A stretch of 64,000 bases of DNA from Torpedo marmorata (taxonomy: Eukaryota), in contig OZ360229.1 of assembly GCA_977017645.1 (NCBI GenBank), forward strand, positions 98,146,001 to 98,210,000, given 5' to 3'. Under the pieces are notes generated by a model. That model was not told the DNA's origin, searched no databases, and saw only the letters and a program-made list of their open reading frames with translations. Position numbers and translations under genes: made by a program. Positions 1 to 12,860 of this stretch are shown here, one piece after another. Each line of letters starts with the position of its first letter. The first letter of the stretch is position 1.

Positions 1-460
1 ACCCTCTTGAATGATGTTCTGATGTCGCCCTCAGAGGCAGATATCACAGGGTCCTCAGCCTTTTCAGGGATTCTAGTAGGCACTGTTTGGTCCTTCTTCT
101 CAAAGCGGGCATAGAAGGTGTTCAGCTCATCGGATAGTGAAGCATCACATCCGTCTATAGTGTTCGCCCTCGCTTTGTAGGCTGTAATGGCCTGCACTCC
201 CTGCCATAGCTGGCGTGCATCTATCTCTGTCTCTAGCTTCCTCCGGAATTGCCACTTTGCTTCAGAGATGGCCTTCCGCAGGTTGTGCCTGGACTTCTTG
301 TAAAGATCCCGATCACCGGCCTTAAACACCCTTGTTCTCGCCCTCAGCAGGTTGCAAATTCTCTGATTCATCCAGGGCTTCTGGTTGGGGAACACCCAGT
401 ATTTGCGCGTGGGCACACACTCATCCACGCAGGTCTTGATGAAGTCGGTGACACCTGTTG
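1..460 (-). mobile_element. Rex1/Babar-type LINE ORF2 internal fragment
   Basis: Reverse strand encodes FPNQKPWMN...DARQLWQGVQAITAYK...LSDELNTFYARFE, typical of Rex1/Babar RT-upstream region; runs off the window start. Confidence 0.75.
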
Positions 461-477
461 CATATTCATTCAAGTCT

Positions 478-1298
478 ATGGTGCACCAACAATAACCTCA
501 CACTCAATGTCACCAAAACCAAGAAGCTGATTGTTAACTTCAGGAAGGGAAAACCAAGGTGTACGATCCAATGATCATTGGGGGATCAGAGGTGGAGAGG
601 GTGAGCAAATTTAAGTTGTTGGGAGTCACTATCTCGGAGGATCTTTCCTGGACCCAACACACCAATGGCATCATGAAGAAAGTACATCAGCACCTCTACT
701 TCCTCAGGAGTTTGCGGAGGTTTGGAACGATATTGAAAACCCTGGCAAATTTCTGCAGATGTGTGGTGGAAGGTGTGCTGACCGGCTGCATCACAATCTG
801 ATATGGGGACAGCAATACTCCTGAGGGTAAAGCCTTGCAAAAGGTAGTGGACACAGCCCAGGACATCATAGGCAAAACCCTCCCCACCATCGAGAACATC
901 TACAGGGAACGCTGCCGTTGGAGAGCAGCAGCAATTATCAAGGATCCACACCACCCAGCACATGCTCTGTTCTCGCTGCTGCCATCAAGAAAGAGGTATA
1001 GGTGCCACAAGACTCGCACCACCAGGTTCAGGAACAGCTGTACCCCTCCACCATTAGACTCCTCAACAACAAACTCAATCAGGGACTCATTTAAGGACTC
1101 TTATTTTTGCACTTTATTGACTTTTTTCTCTGTATTGCAGTCAGTTTGTTTACATTTCTTTATTTTTTTACATGTGTACATTGTGTACAATTTTATTTCA
1201 CACTACCAATAAGTGATAATTCTGCCTCGTCAACAGGGAAAAGAATCTCAGGGTTGTAAGTGATGTCATGTATGTACTCTGACAATAAATCTGAAATC
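478..1298 (+). mobile_element. Rex1/Babar-type LINE 3' fragment
   Basis: LNVTKTK, VERVSKFKLLGVTISEDLSW, IIKDPHHPAHALFSLLPS..RYR motifs with frameshifts; 3' UTR ends aataaatctgaaatct; near-copy at 12861-14072. Confidence 0.85.
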
Positions 1299-1369
1299 TA
1301 GTTTTAACATGACAAAGCTTTTCTCACCCCTCTGAGACACACAGGAGACAGCAGATGCTGGATTCCATA

Positions 1370-1798
1370 AGACCATTAGTCATCCGGTCCATCAAGTCCG
1401 GCCTGCCATTCCATCACAGCTAATTTACTATCCTTTCCAACCCCATTCTCCTGCTTCTCCCTCTAACCCTTGATTCCATTCCTAATCAAGAATTTAGCTC
1501 CCTCCATCTTAAATATACCCAACGACTTCGCCTCCACAGCCATCTGCGGCGATGAATTCCTCAGATTTATCACCACCATCTGGGTAAAGAATTTATCACC
1601 ACCCTCTGGGTAAAGAAATTCCTACTCATCTCTGCTCTAAAGGTACATTTTTGTATTCTGAAGCTATGCCCTCTCATCCCATATACGAAACATCTCTCCA
1701 CGTCCTATGTTGTACATATGTGGTAACAGGTAAGTATTCGATAGGTTTCAATGAGACCCCCACTCATTCTTCTAAACTCCAGCGAGTACAGTCCCAGA
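1370..1798 (-). mobile_element. CR1-type LINE 3' fragment
   Basis: Minus strand encodes LGLYSLEFRRMSGGLIETYRIL, the CR1 ORF2 C-terminal motif, followed by CR1-like 3' UTR. Confidence 0.7.
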
Positions 1799-1821
1799 GT
1801 TGAAGTCCCAAATTCTGAACA

Positions 1822-1975
1822 CAGTCTGCTGGAGGAACTCAGCAGGTCAAGCAGCATCAGTGGGAGAAAGATAATGAAAAAGTCTTGATGAAGGGTTTCT
1901 GCCTGAAACGTCGACCATTCTTTTTCTCCCACTGATGTTGCTTGACCTGCTGGTTCCTTCAGCAGCTTGTGTTTA
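1822..1975 (+). repeat. Penelope-like pseudo-LTR remnant with inverted arms and hammerhead-like core
   Basis: ctgctggaggaactcagcaggtcaagcagcatcagtgggagaaa is inverted against tttctcccactgatgttgcttgacctgctggttccttcagcag; core gtcTTGATGAaggg...cctGAAAcgtcgac. Confidence 0.6.
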
Positions 1976-3092
1976 GCTTTCTATGCCCTTCATGGGATTA
2001 ATAAACACCAAATTACATAAGGATTTATTGAATGTTGACCAAAATCAATGTCAAAGACAAATTTGTCAGTGCTGTATCAGGGGATTAAGTGGCATTTCTT
2101 ATTTCCCCAATGCTGTTTTATAAAGCTCTAAAATTGTAATATTGTACAGAACAGTTTAATAAACGGATGTGTCAGGTTCCCTTACACTGCTACATTGTTT
2201 CAGATCCTTAAAACCTCTTGCTTAATTTCTCGTATGTGTTCACGTGTTTGGTGTGGAGACCAAGAGTGGATCATAACACCTTAAGAAATGTCCTATGTTC
2301 AAGGAAGCTGCGGACACCCTCAAGTACCATCTCCTACTACAATGGCAGGAATCACCAAGGCGGTTTCCATTAGGAACAATATTACTTCCAATGGTGACCA
2401 ATTACAAACAAAATTTTACAAGGTTCATAAAGGTTGATTCTCGCAAATTAAGGCAGTTATCATATTAATTTTTCTTGCCTTCACGTGCATTCACACTATC
2501 TGCTAACACCTTTCTTTGCAACACTCTCATGGTAGCAGCCAGGAGATGGTTTGGTTTTGCAGCACTGAGCTGAGTGGGGTTTCCTGCAAGCCAGAGCAGA
2601 ATCTGTAAACCACTTTGGAGGTGGAAACATTTTCAGTGTGCAAGATGCAACAATTATATTTATTCTACCATGTTGTTTCATTTGGAAAATTTTGCTGACA
2701 AAGTTTCTCACTATTGGTTGTCGCAGGGTTTTGAATGCCTGATTTATGGACATCCCTACATACAAACGAGCTTCCATAATATTCTTACATTCAAAAATCT
2801 GACATATATTTGTTTCACTGAATGGCAAAATTAGTTTCCTCTCCATCTCTCCACTTTCAGTAGTTATTCTTTCTTATCAGTCTTATGTGCTTTCAATGCC
2901 ATTCTTTCCAATATTGTGGAAGTATGTTTACCATAATGAGTGATTTTTGAGGCATGCTCAATATTTACAGTTTATATTGTTACAGGTCTGCTTAACATGT
3001 ATTAATTTTCTTTTTGGAATTTCCTCAAAGAAGCAGGAAAGAGAGGACTGAGCCACACATAACCTGAGTTGGAGAAGCCATCTGCAGACCAG

Positions 3093-3345
3093 GACGGCAC
3101 GGTTGGCGTAGCAGTTAGCGCAACACCTTTACAGCGCCAGCGATCGGGACCGGACCTGGATTCAAATCCCGCGCTGTCTGTAAGGAGTTTGTACGTTCTC
3201 CCCGTGTCTGTGTGGGTTTTCTCCGGGGGCTCCAGTTTCCTCCCACCGTTAAAAAACGTACCGGGGTGTAGGTTAATGGGGTGTAAATTAGGCAGCACAG
3301 ACTCGTAGGGCCGAATTGGCCTGTTACAATGCTGTATGTCTAAAT
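3093..3345 (+). mobile_element. tRNA-derived V-SINE (HE1-like)
   Basis: A-box (tggcgtagcagttag), B-box (gattcaaatcc), V-domain gtttgtacgttctccccgtgtctgtgtgggtttt, CR1-like tail. Confidence 0.85.
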
Positions 3346-3954
3346 TTTTAAAAATTTAATTTTTTTTAGATGGTTGCAGTGGTGGAAAAGCATCCTGTTT
3401 CGTCAGTCCTTAAACAGCACCACCTCAGGTACAGGCACTGTGAGGGAACAGGTTATATTGGAAAAGTGTGTTTCACAAGAGAGACACCAAACACTGGGCT
3501 GTAGTCAGACAGGAGGGAAAAGAAAGCTAATGTCATGACTCCATGGAAGTCAAGCCCAGTCAGTGATACTGACCAGGAAAGTCAGGTGACCCCATGATAT
3601 AGAAGCAGGATGTCCTCAGAAGTCATCCCCGGTAATTTTATTGATGTCTGAAGCAGTAGGCAGGGCCATTAGTGATCTAAGATGCCTTTGGAAATGTGGG
3701 CATCTAACTTTTGTGGTGACTCTTCAAGGTGCCAAATATAAAATGGGCAGTCAATGTTTCATCTGAGAAAAATCTGTTTGTCAGAATTCATTGTTTGGAG
3801 AACAACCTTAAAAAGGAAGAAGCAGATATATCCAATGGCAGGTTTCTTTTTCAGAGACATTGTGGCAGAAGTTGGACCTGAGTGTGGGAGTCAAAGTATG
3901 ACTTTAGGATTGTAGTTGTACAAATGGACAGGCAAGTTGGGCTTCTCAGCTTCT

Positions 3955-4230
3955 TTTTCTCATCTAATCTCCTACCTGTATCTACGTATGACCTCTTATT
4001 GTTAGCCTGTGCTCCTCCCCCTGCCATTTCCTCCCCTCCTCCCCGCCCCCCCCCCACCCCCCACATTTTCATTCAGGCACCTGACTGCTTTTTGCTCATA
4101 CCTTGATGAAGGGCTCAGGTCTGAAACGTTGGTAATCCTTTACTTCTTATAGATGCTGAGTGACCCGCTGAGTTTCTCCAACACTTTTGTGTATTGCATT
4201 TGATCCAGCATCTGCAGACTCTCTTGTTTA
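3955..4230 (+). repeat. Penelope-like element 3' remnant
   Basis: taccttgatgaagggctcaggtctgaaacgttggta...gatgctgagtgacccgctgagtttctcca...gcatctgcagac, same family as 14073-14274. Confidence 0.6.
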
Positions 4231-4504
4231 ATTCGATTATGTGTATCTGTTGCCTAAGCTTCTAAATCAAGAAGAGATTCTTACTTACCCTTCAGACTTC
4301 ATTGAGTAGCCCTGTAACTTTGTAATGACATGATTTTATATATCATTAATGCATTTTGCATTTGTAAGTTGGCCAAGAACTGCTTGATATGAGGCCACTT
4401 TGCCTCTGAGATTAGGCTCAGGCCCAAAAAATTGGTTATATATTTTTACCTCCTATGGATGCTGTGTGTCTGCTGAGTTCCTCAAGCATTTTTGTGTTTT
4501 TACT

Positions 4505-4850
4505 ATTATCACCAAAATGTCACCGAGATTAGAGAGTATTAGCTATAAGAAGAGGTCAGACAAACTTGATTGTTTTCTCTGGAACATCAGGAGAACATAA
4601 TGGTATATAAGTTATGAGAGGCAAAGGTGGGGTAGATAGAGTTTTATCCCAGGGTGGAAATGTCAAACACTGGAAGACATAGATTTATAGTCATAGGAGG
4701 AATGTTCAAAAGTATTTAGACAGACAAATGAATAGACAAGGGATAGAGAGATATAGACCATGTGCAAGTAGATGGAATTAAATAGTTTAAATTGGCATTA
4801 TGGTCAGCATGAAAATTGTGTGCTAAAGGTAGTCCTATATTGTACATATG
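4505..4850 (+). mobile_element. decayed CR1-type LINE 3' fragment
   Basis: Similarity to the CR1 3' region seen at 53375-54000 (LESISYKKRSDKL..., ttagacag...atga tail). Confidence 0.5.
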
Positions 4851-5499
4851 TGGTAACAGATTATTATTCAAATTTATCAGAGGAGAGAGAAATGGCTGGT
4901 TGTTTCCCAACAATGATCTCTGTTGAGATCTCAACTATTTAAAATAATTATCAATGGCTTAGATTGATGGCATGGTATAAAGGTTAGAAAGGAGCATAAA
5001 ATTATAGATATTGACAGATTAAATGAGAGAAAACGGTTTCAATGGAAGCAAACACAAACTCGTACATTAAAAAAAATGATCATAGTGTTTTAAAAGGTGG
5101 AAGGGTAGGAATAATGGCAGCCCAAAACATTCCATGTGCACAGTTATTAAAATGTTACAAAAATGAAGGGTAATGGCTAATTAATATTAGCCTTTAAACA
5201 CGGAGGAGTATAAGAGGTGGTCTTGCTAAATTGCTACAGCCATCTAAAATCGCGTCTCAAGAATTCTACCACTTGCATTTTAGAAAGGGGGTACATCGGT
5301 ATTGAAGGGGTCCTGTTCAGAATAATCAGTTTTTTTTAGGACTTCAGACATTAGCTTGCCCAGCCAGAAAGAATACATAAATCAGGCTTTTAGTATCTAA
5401 ATTACAGAAGTTTGACGGGTCAAATTAAAATAAACGTTTTTTCTTCCATTGGTGTAGGAGAAATAACGTAAAAAGTCAGAACAAGAAGTTAGCTGCTAC

Positions 5500-5860
5500 T
5501 GCATCACGTGAGGCCACAAGGAATGGGGAACAGCCTTCCACAAATAAAGTAGATGCACACTCAAATTATAATTTTTAATTTGTGACTGGCAGATTATACG
5601 GAGATTAAGGAATATAGAGATGCGTTCTGGACGTTCGGTTTAGAAAGATAAGCTTTTGTCCAGTGGTTGCTTCGACTGGAAGAGGGCGGGGCAAATCTCC
5701 AACTTTACACAGAAGTGTTTTCATTGGTCCTCGCACAGCTGTTGCTGGGGTTTGGCGAGGAAGCACCTTCCGCTGATTGGTCCTGCGCTCAGACGTGTGC
5801 AAATGATGGCTTTGTTCACAGGAGAACTGGTGGAGTTGCAAACAATCAGGAGGAATGGCT
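5500..5860. promoter_or_regulatory. candidate Pol II promoter (GC box, two inverted CCAAT boxes, E-box)
   Basis: tcacgtga 5504-5511, gggcggggc 5684-5692, attgg 5723-5727 and 5776-5780 in locally CpG-richer unique sequence; the associated gene was not identified. Confidence 0.4.
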
Positions 5861-7194
5861 ACAACGAAACTGCAGGAATTGGAAAAGGGTGTGAAGGCTC
5901 AGAACTTCCCGGGCAAAAGGAGGAATTTGTTGCAGGGAAATGATTGGAAGTTTGTCGTTTGGGTGGAAAATCAAGGGACCTTCGCATTGCCATACTGGAC
6001 AGGCATTGTGGTTAATCCCTGCGTGTTCCAGTTTTAGCTGTGTTGAGTCTTTATTTAATACCGGTATTTATTTCATGCAAAATAATAGATTATTCAAAGT
6101 GGTGTTATACTAGCCAGCTGTATCCTCTTGGTAGTGCAATTCCCCGTCTTCATTGAATCGATGCTTGTAACGGGGGTCGTTATTTGAATAATATAAAGAA
6201 TAACCAAGTTTGAGGGCAAACTTAACCCTTCTCCCGTGTTGAAAAAAAGCATCGCTTACTTTGAGTGTTATTTCGTCGCTAGAGGGCCTCAGGACAACAA
6301 ACACTAATTACAATGGACTAATTTGAGAGGGGCCTTTACCAGTTGCAAAGCAATCTGAGCAGTACAACCTGAAAGTAACCTTACTTTGAACTACTTTTTA
6401 AAACGGACTCCTTTTCTCTACCTTGAAAGCACACTGAATTGGTGATATTTGCTACTAGCCGAAAACAGATGGAAGCCCATCATAATTCATAACCTTGAAA
6501 ATGCCCTTTCGTGCTTCATCATTCATAAAATCCCTGAGCACTTGTTCCACACTGAGACCTGAAGGATCTTCTCAGAACTCAGACAGCAGTAAATGGGAAA
6601 CAGTCATCGAAGATTAAGAGCTCGCCTAAAGGTACCAGAAATAGCTGCATTACCTTGACATTGTATGGCCGCTTATAAGCAATAATTGATTCATATGGGA
6701 ATCATTTTTTTCAGTTCACTGAACATGATCATCCATAAACATTATGGCTGCTTGTTTACCTGTATTACCTGCACTGTGCACATAAATTCACTCCGTCACT
6801 GGACAAGGAATAGTTTCTCAGGACCTTCTGGCACTTTATCACTTGTCATGGAAGCCTAGTAGTGCGCCATGACATACTGTACGTGGAACAAATTTAGTAG
6901 CAGGAGAACCGGAGCTGTACTTGTGCCTACAGAACTTCGATAAGCTTAAAAATCTCAATGCAACACTAAGTGACACTTTTCACTGTCCTCTGCTGCCCAG
7001 CTTGGTCGACTGTAGGAGTAAATGGTGTCCTTGGTGCTATACATAGCAACTAAATTTCAAGTTTCATGGATGAAACACCATCAGAACAGAGATCATAAGT
7101 CAGCAATGGTCACTTGTTGACAAGTGTTGGAATTGATCCCCATAAACCTGAATTTCTGGTACAAACTTCATTTCCCTCCCCCACCATACCTCTG

Positions 7195-7854
7195 TGTTGT
7201 GTGTGGAGGAAACGTGGCTTCCCTGCCTGTCTGGAATGTGTGTGTTGCGGGTGATCACGTGTCCTCCCTGTCTGAAACTTATTCGGAAGTCACATCACCT
7301 GTCAGCCAAGGTTGGACTCCGGCCACTAATTAGTGCACACCTTGCCGTTGGCTAATTTAAATCACCTTGGGTCATTATTGGTTAGAAGCACAGATTAGCA
7401 CTGTATATAGCACCAGCGCACAGCACATTCTCTCTCTCTGCCTCATGGTCCAAGCCCCGGATATCGCTCCATGCTACTGTGGACATCGCTGGGAGTGTCG
7501 CGGGTAAGGTGTGCACTACACTGAAGCTGAGCCGTTGGTTCTGCGATAGGTCGGTACTCACAGAGCCGCAACCCCGTTGGTACAGGGAACCGGGTGTGTG
7601 TGTGTGTGTGTGTAAGAGTCCCTGTTTGTAGCGTGTGAGCGGGTTGAGTATAGATTTACCATTGTTGGAGTCCAACCGAAGTCTGAGGTGAATGTCTATA
7701 TCGTCGCTAAAGTGAAATAGTGATCGAGTACCGTTTAACGTTCTCGCCTGTTTGTTTCCCGTGTGTTAATAAAAGTTACGTGTCATTGTAACACTTGTGT
7801 CCAGACTCGTCTCTCTGTGAAACCACCAAACCTGATACTCTTCTCAACACGACA
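7195..7854 (+). mobile_element. probable solo LTR
   Basis: Begins tgttgtg and ends cacgaca (imperfect inverted termini); tatata at ~7404, aataaa at ~7768; CpG-rich against AT-rich flanks; acctctg occurs on both sides. Confidence 0.55.
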
Positions 7855-8594
7855 AACCTCTGACATTAGAGAACCTAGTTCAAGAGATGGCAAAATTTTC
7901 ATACCATAATCTGGTACTAGAAGATATGGATGCAATAACATTCTGTCCGAGTGGAAGAAATGGCTCCAACCATGTCAGAATCTCCGAAAAATAGTTGTGG
8001 TAGTGGATAGCAACACTCCTCAATGTTATTGGTTTGGAACTGGATGGTATAATCCATAATGCCTATCAAGGGAGGGAACGGTCATTTGATTTTTAAACTC
8101 CATCTGATGCTAACCAAGTGGGTAAGTGGAGCTGACTGAGCTCACGGACAGATCAGCCATGATCTCATTGAATGGTGGATTCAACATTGAATCGCATTGA
8201 AATGAATCAGAATCAGAATTTATTGTCATGAATATGTTGTAGCGCGTCGCTACGGTTATAGCTCTGTGCGTCGAGTTGGTCATCGCTCTAGTTCTGGAGC
8301 TCAGGAGAGAGATACACTCCCTCCGAGCGTCAAAACAGAACTGCCTATTCTGCCGTCGGCTCTACCTTTTATAGGCAGGCCGAGCCTGACTGCCGCGTCA
8401 CGGATGGGGCGTGGCCTAAGGCACGATGCCCAGGATTGGTCGGGCCACGATCCATCCTTAGGGATTGGTCCGTTCCCTCGTTGCCGTTGTGGCCTATGGG
8501 AACGGGCCGTCCAAATCACGTGCTGCCTGCGCGATCGCCGTGTTCGTACACGGCTCTCTGTATCGGCCTGCGGAGTAGGTCGCGGGCCGCTACA

Positions 8595-9630
8595 CGACCC
8601 CCCCCCCCCAGAACCGGCGATCTGTGCGGTGGCCTTGTCCTTGGGAGGCCGCCCCCTGCGGCATGGTATAGGGTGACTGATTGGTTGGCCAGTGTCCAGG
8701 TGTGCTGGCTTGAGTCGGTCAACCGCAACCGTTTCCTCCCTGCCGCCAACATCTATAACACAAGTGGAGCCATTGTGTTTAATAACCCGGTACGGCCCTT
8801 CGTACGGTCGTTGGAGTGGTGGCCGATGCGCCCCTCTCCTTATAAACACATGCTTGCAGTCCTTCAAGTTCTTTGGGACATAAGTTTTAGGCTGGCCGTG
8901 TGCCCTGGGCTGTGCCGGGGCCAGCGTACCCAGTCGTTGCCGCAGACGAGTCAGGGCTAGCGCTGGAGTGTCCTCTGTGTTCCGGGCGTCGGCCAGGAAC
9001 TCACCTGGAATGACCAGGGGTGCGCCATAGACCATTTCCGCTGCAGACACGTCGAAATCGTCTTTGGGCGCGGTGCGGATGCCCAGGAGAACCCAAGGCA
9101 GTTCATCAGCCCAGTGCGGTCCTGTGAGCTGAGCCATGAGGGCCGCCTTGAGGTGCCTGTGGAACCTCTCCACCAACCCGTTGGCCGGAGGATGGTATGC
9201 CGTAGTATGATGGAGTTGTGTTCCCAGGGTGTTGGCCAAGGCCTCCCACAGGCTGGAGGTGAACTGGGCACCTCTGTCCGACGTCAGGTGCTCCGGGACT
9301 CCAAACCGCGTCACCCAGGTGCTTAGCAAGGCCCTGGCACACGACTCTGCGGATGTTTCCACAAGCGGGACTGCTTCCGGCCACCTAGTCATACGATCCA
9401 TCATGGTCAATAGGTATCGAGCACCTCTTGACACTGGCAGTGGGCCCACAATGTCCACATGCACATGGCTGAACCTCCGTCGTGCCGGCTCGAATGACTG
9501 GAGAGGGGCTTTAATGTGCGTCTGCACCTTTGACGCCTGGCAATGCGTGCAGGTCTTGGCCCACTGACTAACCTCCTTACGGAAACCATGCCATACGAAA
9601 CGGCTGGCCACCATCTTAACCGTGGATCGT
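8595..9630 (-). pseudogene. Gypsy integrase (CTHC zinc part, DDE core, GPY motif, C-terminal RRGRPPK)
   Basis: ORF 8301-9731: HVDIVGPLP...TSDRGAQFTS...NGLVERFHR...PYEGPY; separated from RT/RNase H by a small deletion and frameshift at ~9630. Confidence 0.9.
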
Positions 9631-11295
9631 GTCAAAAACCCGTTTTCTCCATGCTGCGGGTATGACGGGTCTAGGCGTACCAGTCGAGGTGTCGCACAAA
9701 AGCGTCTGCTTTTCTGGGCCGATGCGAACATCCTCCAGACGGAGACCGGTTACTGCCGTCCGGTGTGCAGGTATGCTGAGGTCTGCTCGTTGTGCCTCAG
9801 CCAGAGCTGCATAGTCAATGCCTGGGGCGAGGGCGTGTATTTCCAGTATGGCTGGCCGGGATAGCGCGTCAGCCACCACATTCGACTTCCCGGCAATGTG
9901 TGCTATATCCGTGGAGAACTCGGACACGTAGGACAGGTGCCTTTGCTGCCTGGCTGACCATGGGTCTGACACTTTGCCTAAACCAAAGGTGAGCGTCTTG
10001 TGGTCCGTGAATATTTTGAACCTCCTGCCCTCCAGGAAGTATCGGAAATGTCGGACCGCCAGGTATAGAGCGAAGAGCTCCCGGTCAAAGGCACTGTACT
10101 TGAGCTCTGGTGGGCGGAGGTGCTTGCTGAAAAAGGCCAGCGGCTGCCATTGTCCAGCGATCAGCTGCTCAAGTACTCCCCCGACTGCTGTGTTGGAGGC
10201 GTCCACAGTGAGGGCTGTCGGGGCATCTGTCCTAGGATGCACCAGAAGGGTAGCATTTGGCAGGGCGTCTTTGGCGGTTTGGAAAGCCTCTGATGCCTCC
10301 TGTGTCCATTCGATTTCCTTCTTTGGGCCTGCCATGAGGGAGAATAAGGGCCGCATGATGCCAGCTGCTGCCGGTATGAAACGATGATAAATGTTAATCA
10401 TACCGACAAACTCCTGCAGGCCCTTTATCATTGCGGGCTTTGCAAATGATCGGATGGCCTCCACCTTTTCGGGCAGTGGCCTGGCCCCATCCCTGTTAAT
10501 ATGGTGCCCCAGGAAATCGATGGACTCCCGCCCGAACTGGCACTTGGCAGGGTTGATTATCAGCCCCAACTCCTTCAGGCGGGCGCACACCTGTCTTATA
10601 TGGATGGCATGTTCAGCATGATTGCGGCTGGCTATCAGTATGTCATCCAAATAAATGAAGGTGAACTTGAGATCCCGGCCCACCGCGTCCATCAACCTCT
10701 GGAAGGTTTGAGCTGCGTTCTTCAGGCCGAATGGCATCCTCAGAAACTCAAACAGACCAAAGGGGGTGATAATGGAGGTCTTGGCGATGTCTTCTGGCTG
10801 GACCGGGATCTGGTGATAGCCCTTAACGAGGTCCACCTTTGAGAATATCCGTGCCCCCTGTAGGTTAGCGGTGAAGTCCTGGATGTGGGGCACCCGATAT
10901 CTGTCCGGTGTGGTGGCCTCATTGAGACGGCGGTAATCCCCGCATGGTCTCCAGCCTCCCACTGCCTTGGGCACCACGTGGAGTGGGGAGGCCCAGAGGC
11001 TGTCAGAACGCCGCACAATGCCCAGCTCTTCCATCTTCCGGAACTCTTCTTTGGCGAGATTGAGCTTCTCGGGAGGAAGGCGGCGCGCCCTGGCGTGAAG
11101 GGGAGGTCCTGTCGTCACGATATGATGTTGAACTCCATGCCTAGGTTCCGCCGAGGAAAAATGTGGCGTCGTGACGGCAGGGAATTCGGCCCTAATCCGT
11201 GCCATCTCATTGTCCGTAGTTGCTACCGAGTGCAGACAGGGGGCAGTGAGCTCAGTCCCACTCAGGGAAAGAGTCTGAAAAGTTGTGGCATGCAC
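9616..11295 (-). pseudogene. Gypsy reverse transcriptase-RNase H
   Basis: [52 protein letters not shown]. Confidence 0.92.
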
Positions 11296-11299
11296 TAAT

Positions 11300-12309
11300 C
11301 TTCGCCCTTAATGTCCACTAGTAGGGAATTGGCCCTAAGGAAATCTGCACCCAGGAGCGGCTGCCGCACTGCCGCCAGCGTGAACTTCCAGGTAAAATGA
11401 TTATCCCCAAAACGGAGGGGGATGGTGCGGGTGCCAAAAGTGTGAATATCCGAATTATTGGCCGCTCTCAGCCCTTGTTAACCCTGCTGCTGCGGATGTC
11501 AGAACTGGAAGGGGGAAAAACACTGACTTCAGCCCCAGTATCGACCAGGAACCGGCGGCCCGACAGGGTGTCCTGTACATGGAGTAGGTTGTGATGCAGG
11601 CCGACCACCGCAACCATCAACGGTGGCTGGCGCTGGCGTTTCCCTGAAACGCACAGGGGGAACGGGATCGACGGGCCTTGGAACCCCACCGCTGGTGGTA
11701 GAAACAGTACTCCTGACCGGTGGGCTCCATCGGTTGGCGGGTCAACTGTTCGGGGGGCCGCCTACTCATTCGCCGCAGACGAGACGTGGATACTTGCTCC
11801 ATTGTCGCACAGTCATCTTTCTTCGCCGCCCAGAGCACGTCCGCTCGGGCAGCTACCTTCCTGGGGTCGCTCAAATCCGCTTCTGCATGCAACAGCCGGA
11901 TGTCCTCTGGCAATCGCTCCAGGAAAACCTGCTCGAACAGCAGGCAAGGTCTGTGGTCATCTGATAAGGCAAGCATGTCACTCATGAGGGCGGAAGGGGC
12001 CCTGTCCCCCAAGCCGTCCATATGCAACAATCGGGCTGCCCGCTCTCGCCTCGAGAGCCCGAAAGTGCAGGAAAACAGCTCCTTGATGGCCATATATCTC
12101 CCCTGCTCTGGAGGACGTCGCAGGAAGTCCATAATCCTGGCCGCTGTCTCCTGCTCGAGGGCGCTTACCACGTGGTAATAGCGGGCGGTGTCGTCGGAGA
12201 TCCTTCGAAGAGCAAACTGTGCTTCGGCTTGCTCGAACCATACCAGCAGCTGCGATGTCCAGAAGCTCGGCAGCTTCAACGAAACTACGTTGATTGAAGC
12301 TTGTTCCAT
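11300..12309 (-). pseudogene. Gypsy gag and aspartic protease (frameshifted)
   Basis: KLPSFWTSQLLVWFEQAEAQF gag start, CFYHQRWG knuckle, FLVDTGAEVS protease active site. Confidence 0.85.
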
Positions 12310-12860
12310 CTTCAGGTCCAAATCGCCGTTTGGACCAGTCGGGGTCACCACTGTAGCACGTCGCTACGGTTATAGCTCTGCGCGTCGAGTTGGTCGTCGA
12401 GTTGGTCGTCGCTCTAGTTCTGGAGCTCAGGAGAGTGATACACTCCCTCCGAGCGTCAAGACAGAACTGCCTATTCTGCCGTCGGCTCTGCCTTTTATAG
12501 ATAGGCCGAGCCTGACTGCCGCGTCACGGATGGGGCGTGGCCTAAGGCGCGACGCCCAGTATTGGTCGGGCCACGATCCATCCTTAGGGATTGGCCCGTT
12601 CCCTCGTTGCCATTGTGGCCTATGGGAATGGGTCGTCCAAATCACATGCCGCCTGCGCGATCGCCGTGTTCGTACATGGCTCTCTGTATCGGCCTGAGGA
12701 GTAGGTCGCGGGCTGCTACAATGTCATGAAATTTGTTGTTTTACGGCAGTCTTACAGGTGCAAAATTGCTATAAATTACATTTTAAAAAAATAAATAAAG
12801 TAATGCAAAAGAAGAGAAAGTGAGGTAGTGTTTGTGGTTCATTGTCCATTCAGAAATCTG

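Larger units (their letters stand above)
8238..12720 (-). mobile_element. Ty3/Gypsy LTR retrotransposon, full length, frameshifted
   Basis: LTRs 8238-8594 and 12352-12720 (TG...CA), 4-bp TSD atgt, PBS TGGTGACCCCGAC (tRNA-Trp) at 12338-12350, poly-G PPT at 8595-8610; about 20 LTR substitutions by eye, mostly CpG transitions, plus a 12-bp indel. Confidence 0.95.

Noticed and set aside
2496-2846. Overlapping 116-aa and 86-aa ORFs in unique sequence
   Set aside because: No recognisable domain or convincing splice signals
3093-3180. tRNA-like A/B boxes
   Set aside because: Head of a multi-copy V-SINE, not a complete tRNA cloverleaf
8266-8676. ORFs shared between 8266-8676 and 12188-12697, and between 26400-26900 and 31750-32220
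   Set aside because: Chance ORFs in GC-rich LTR copies
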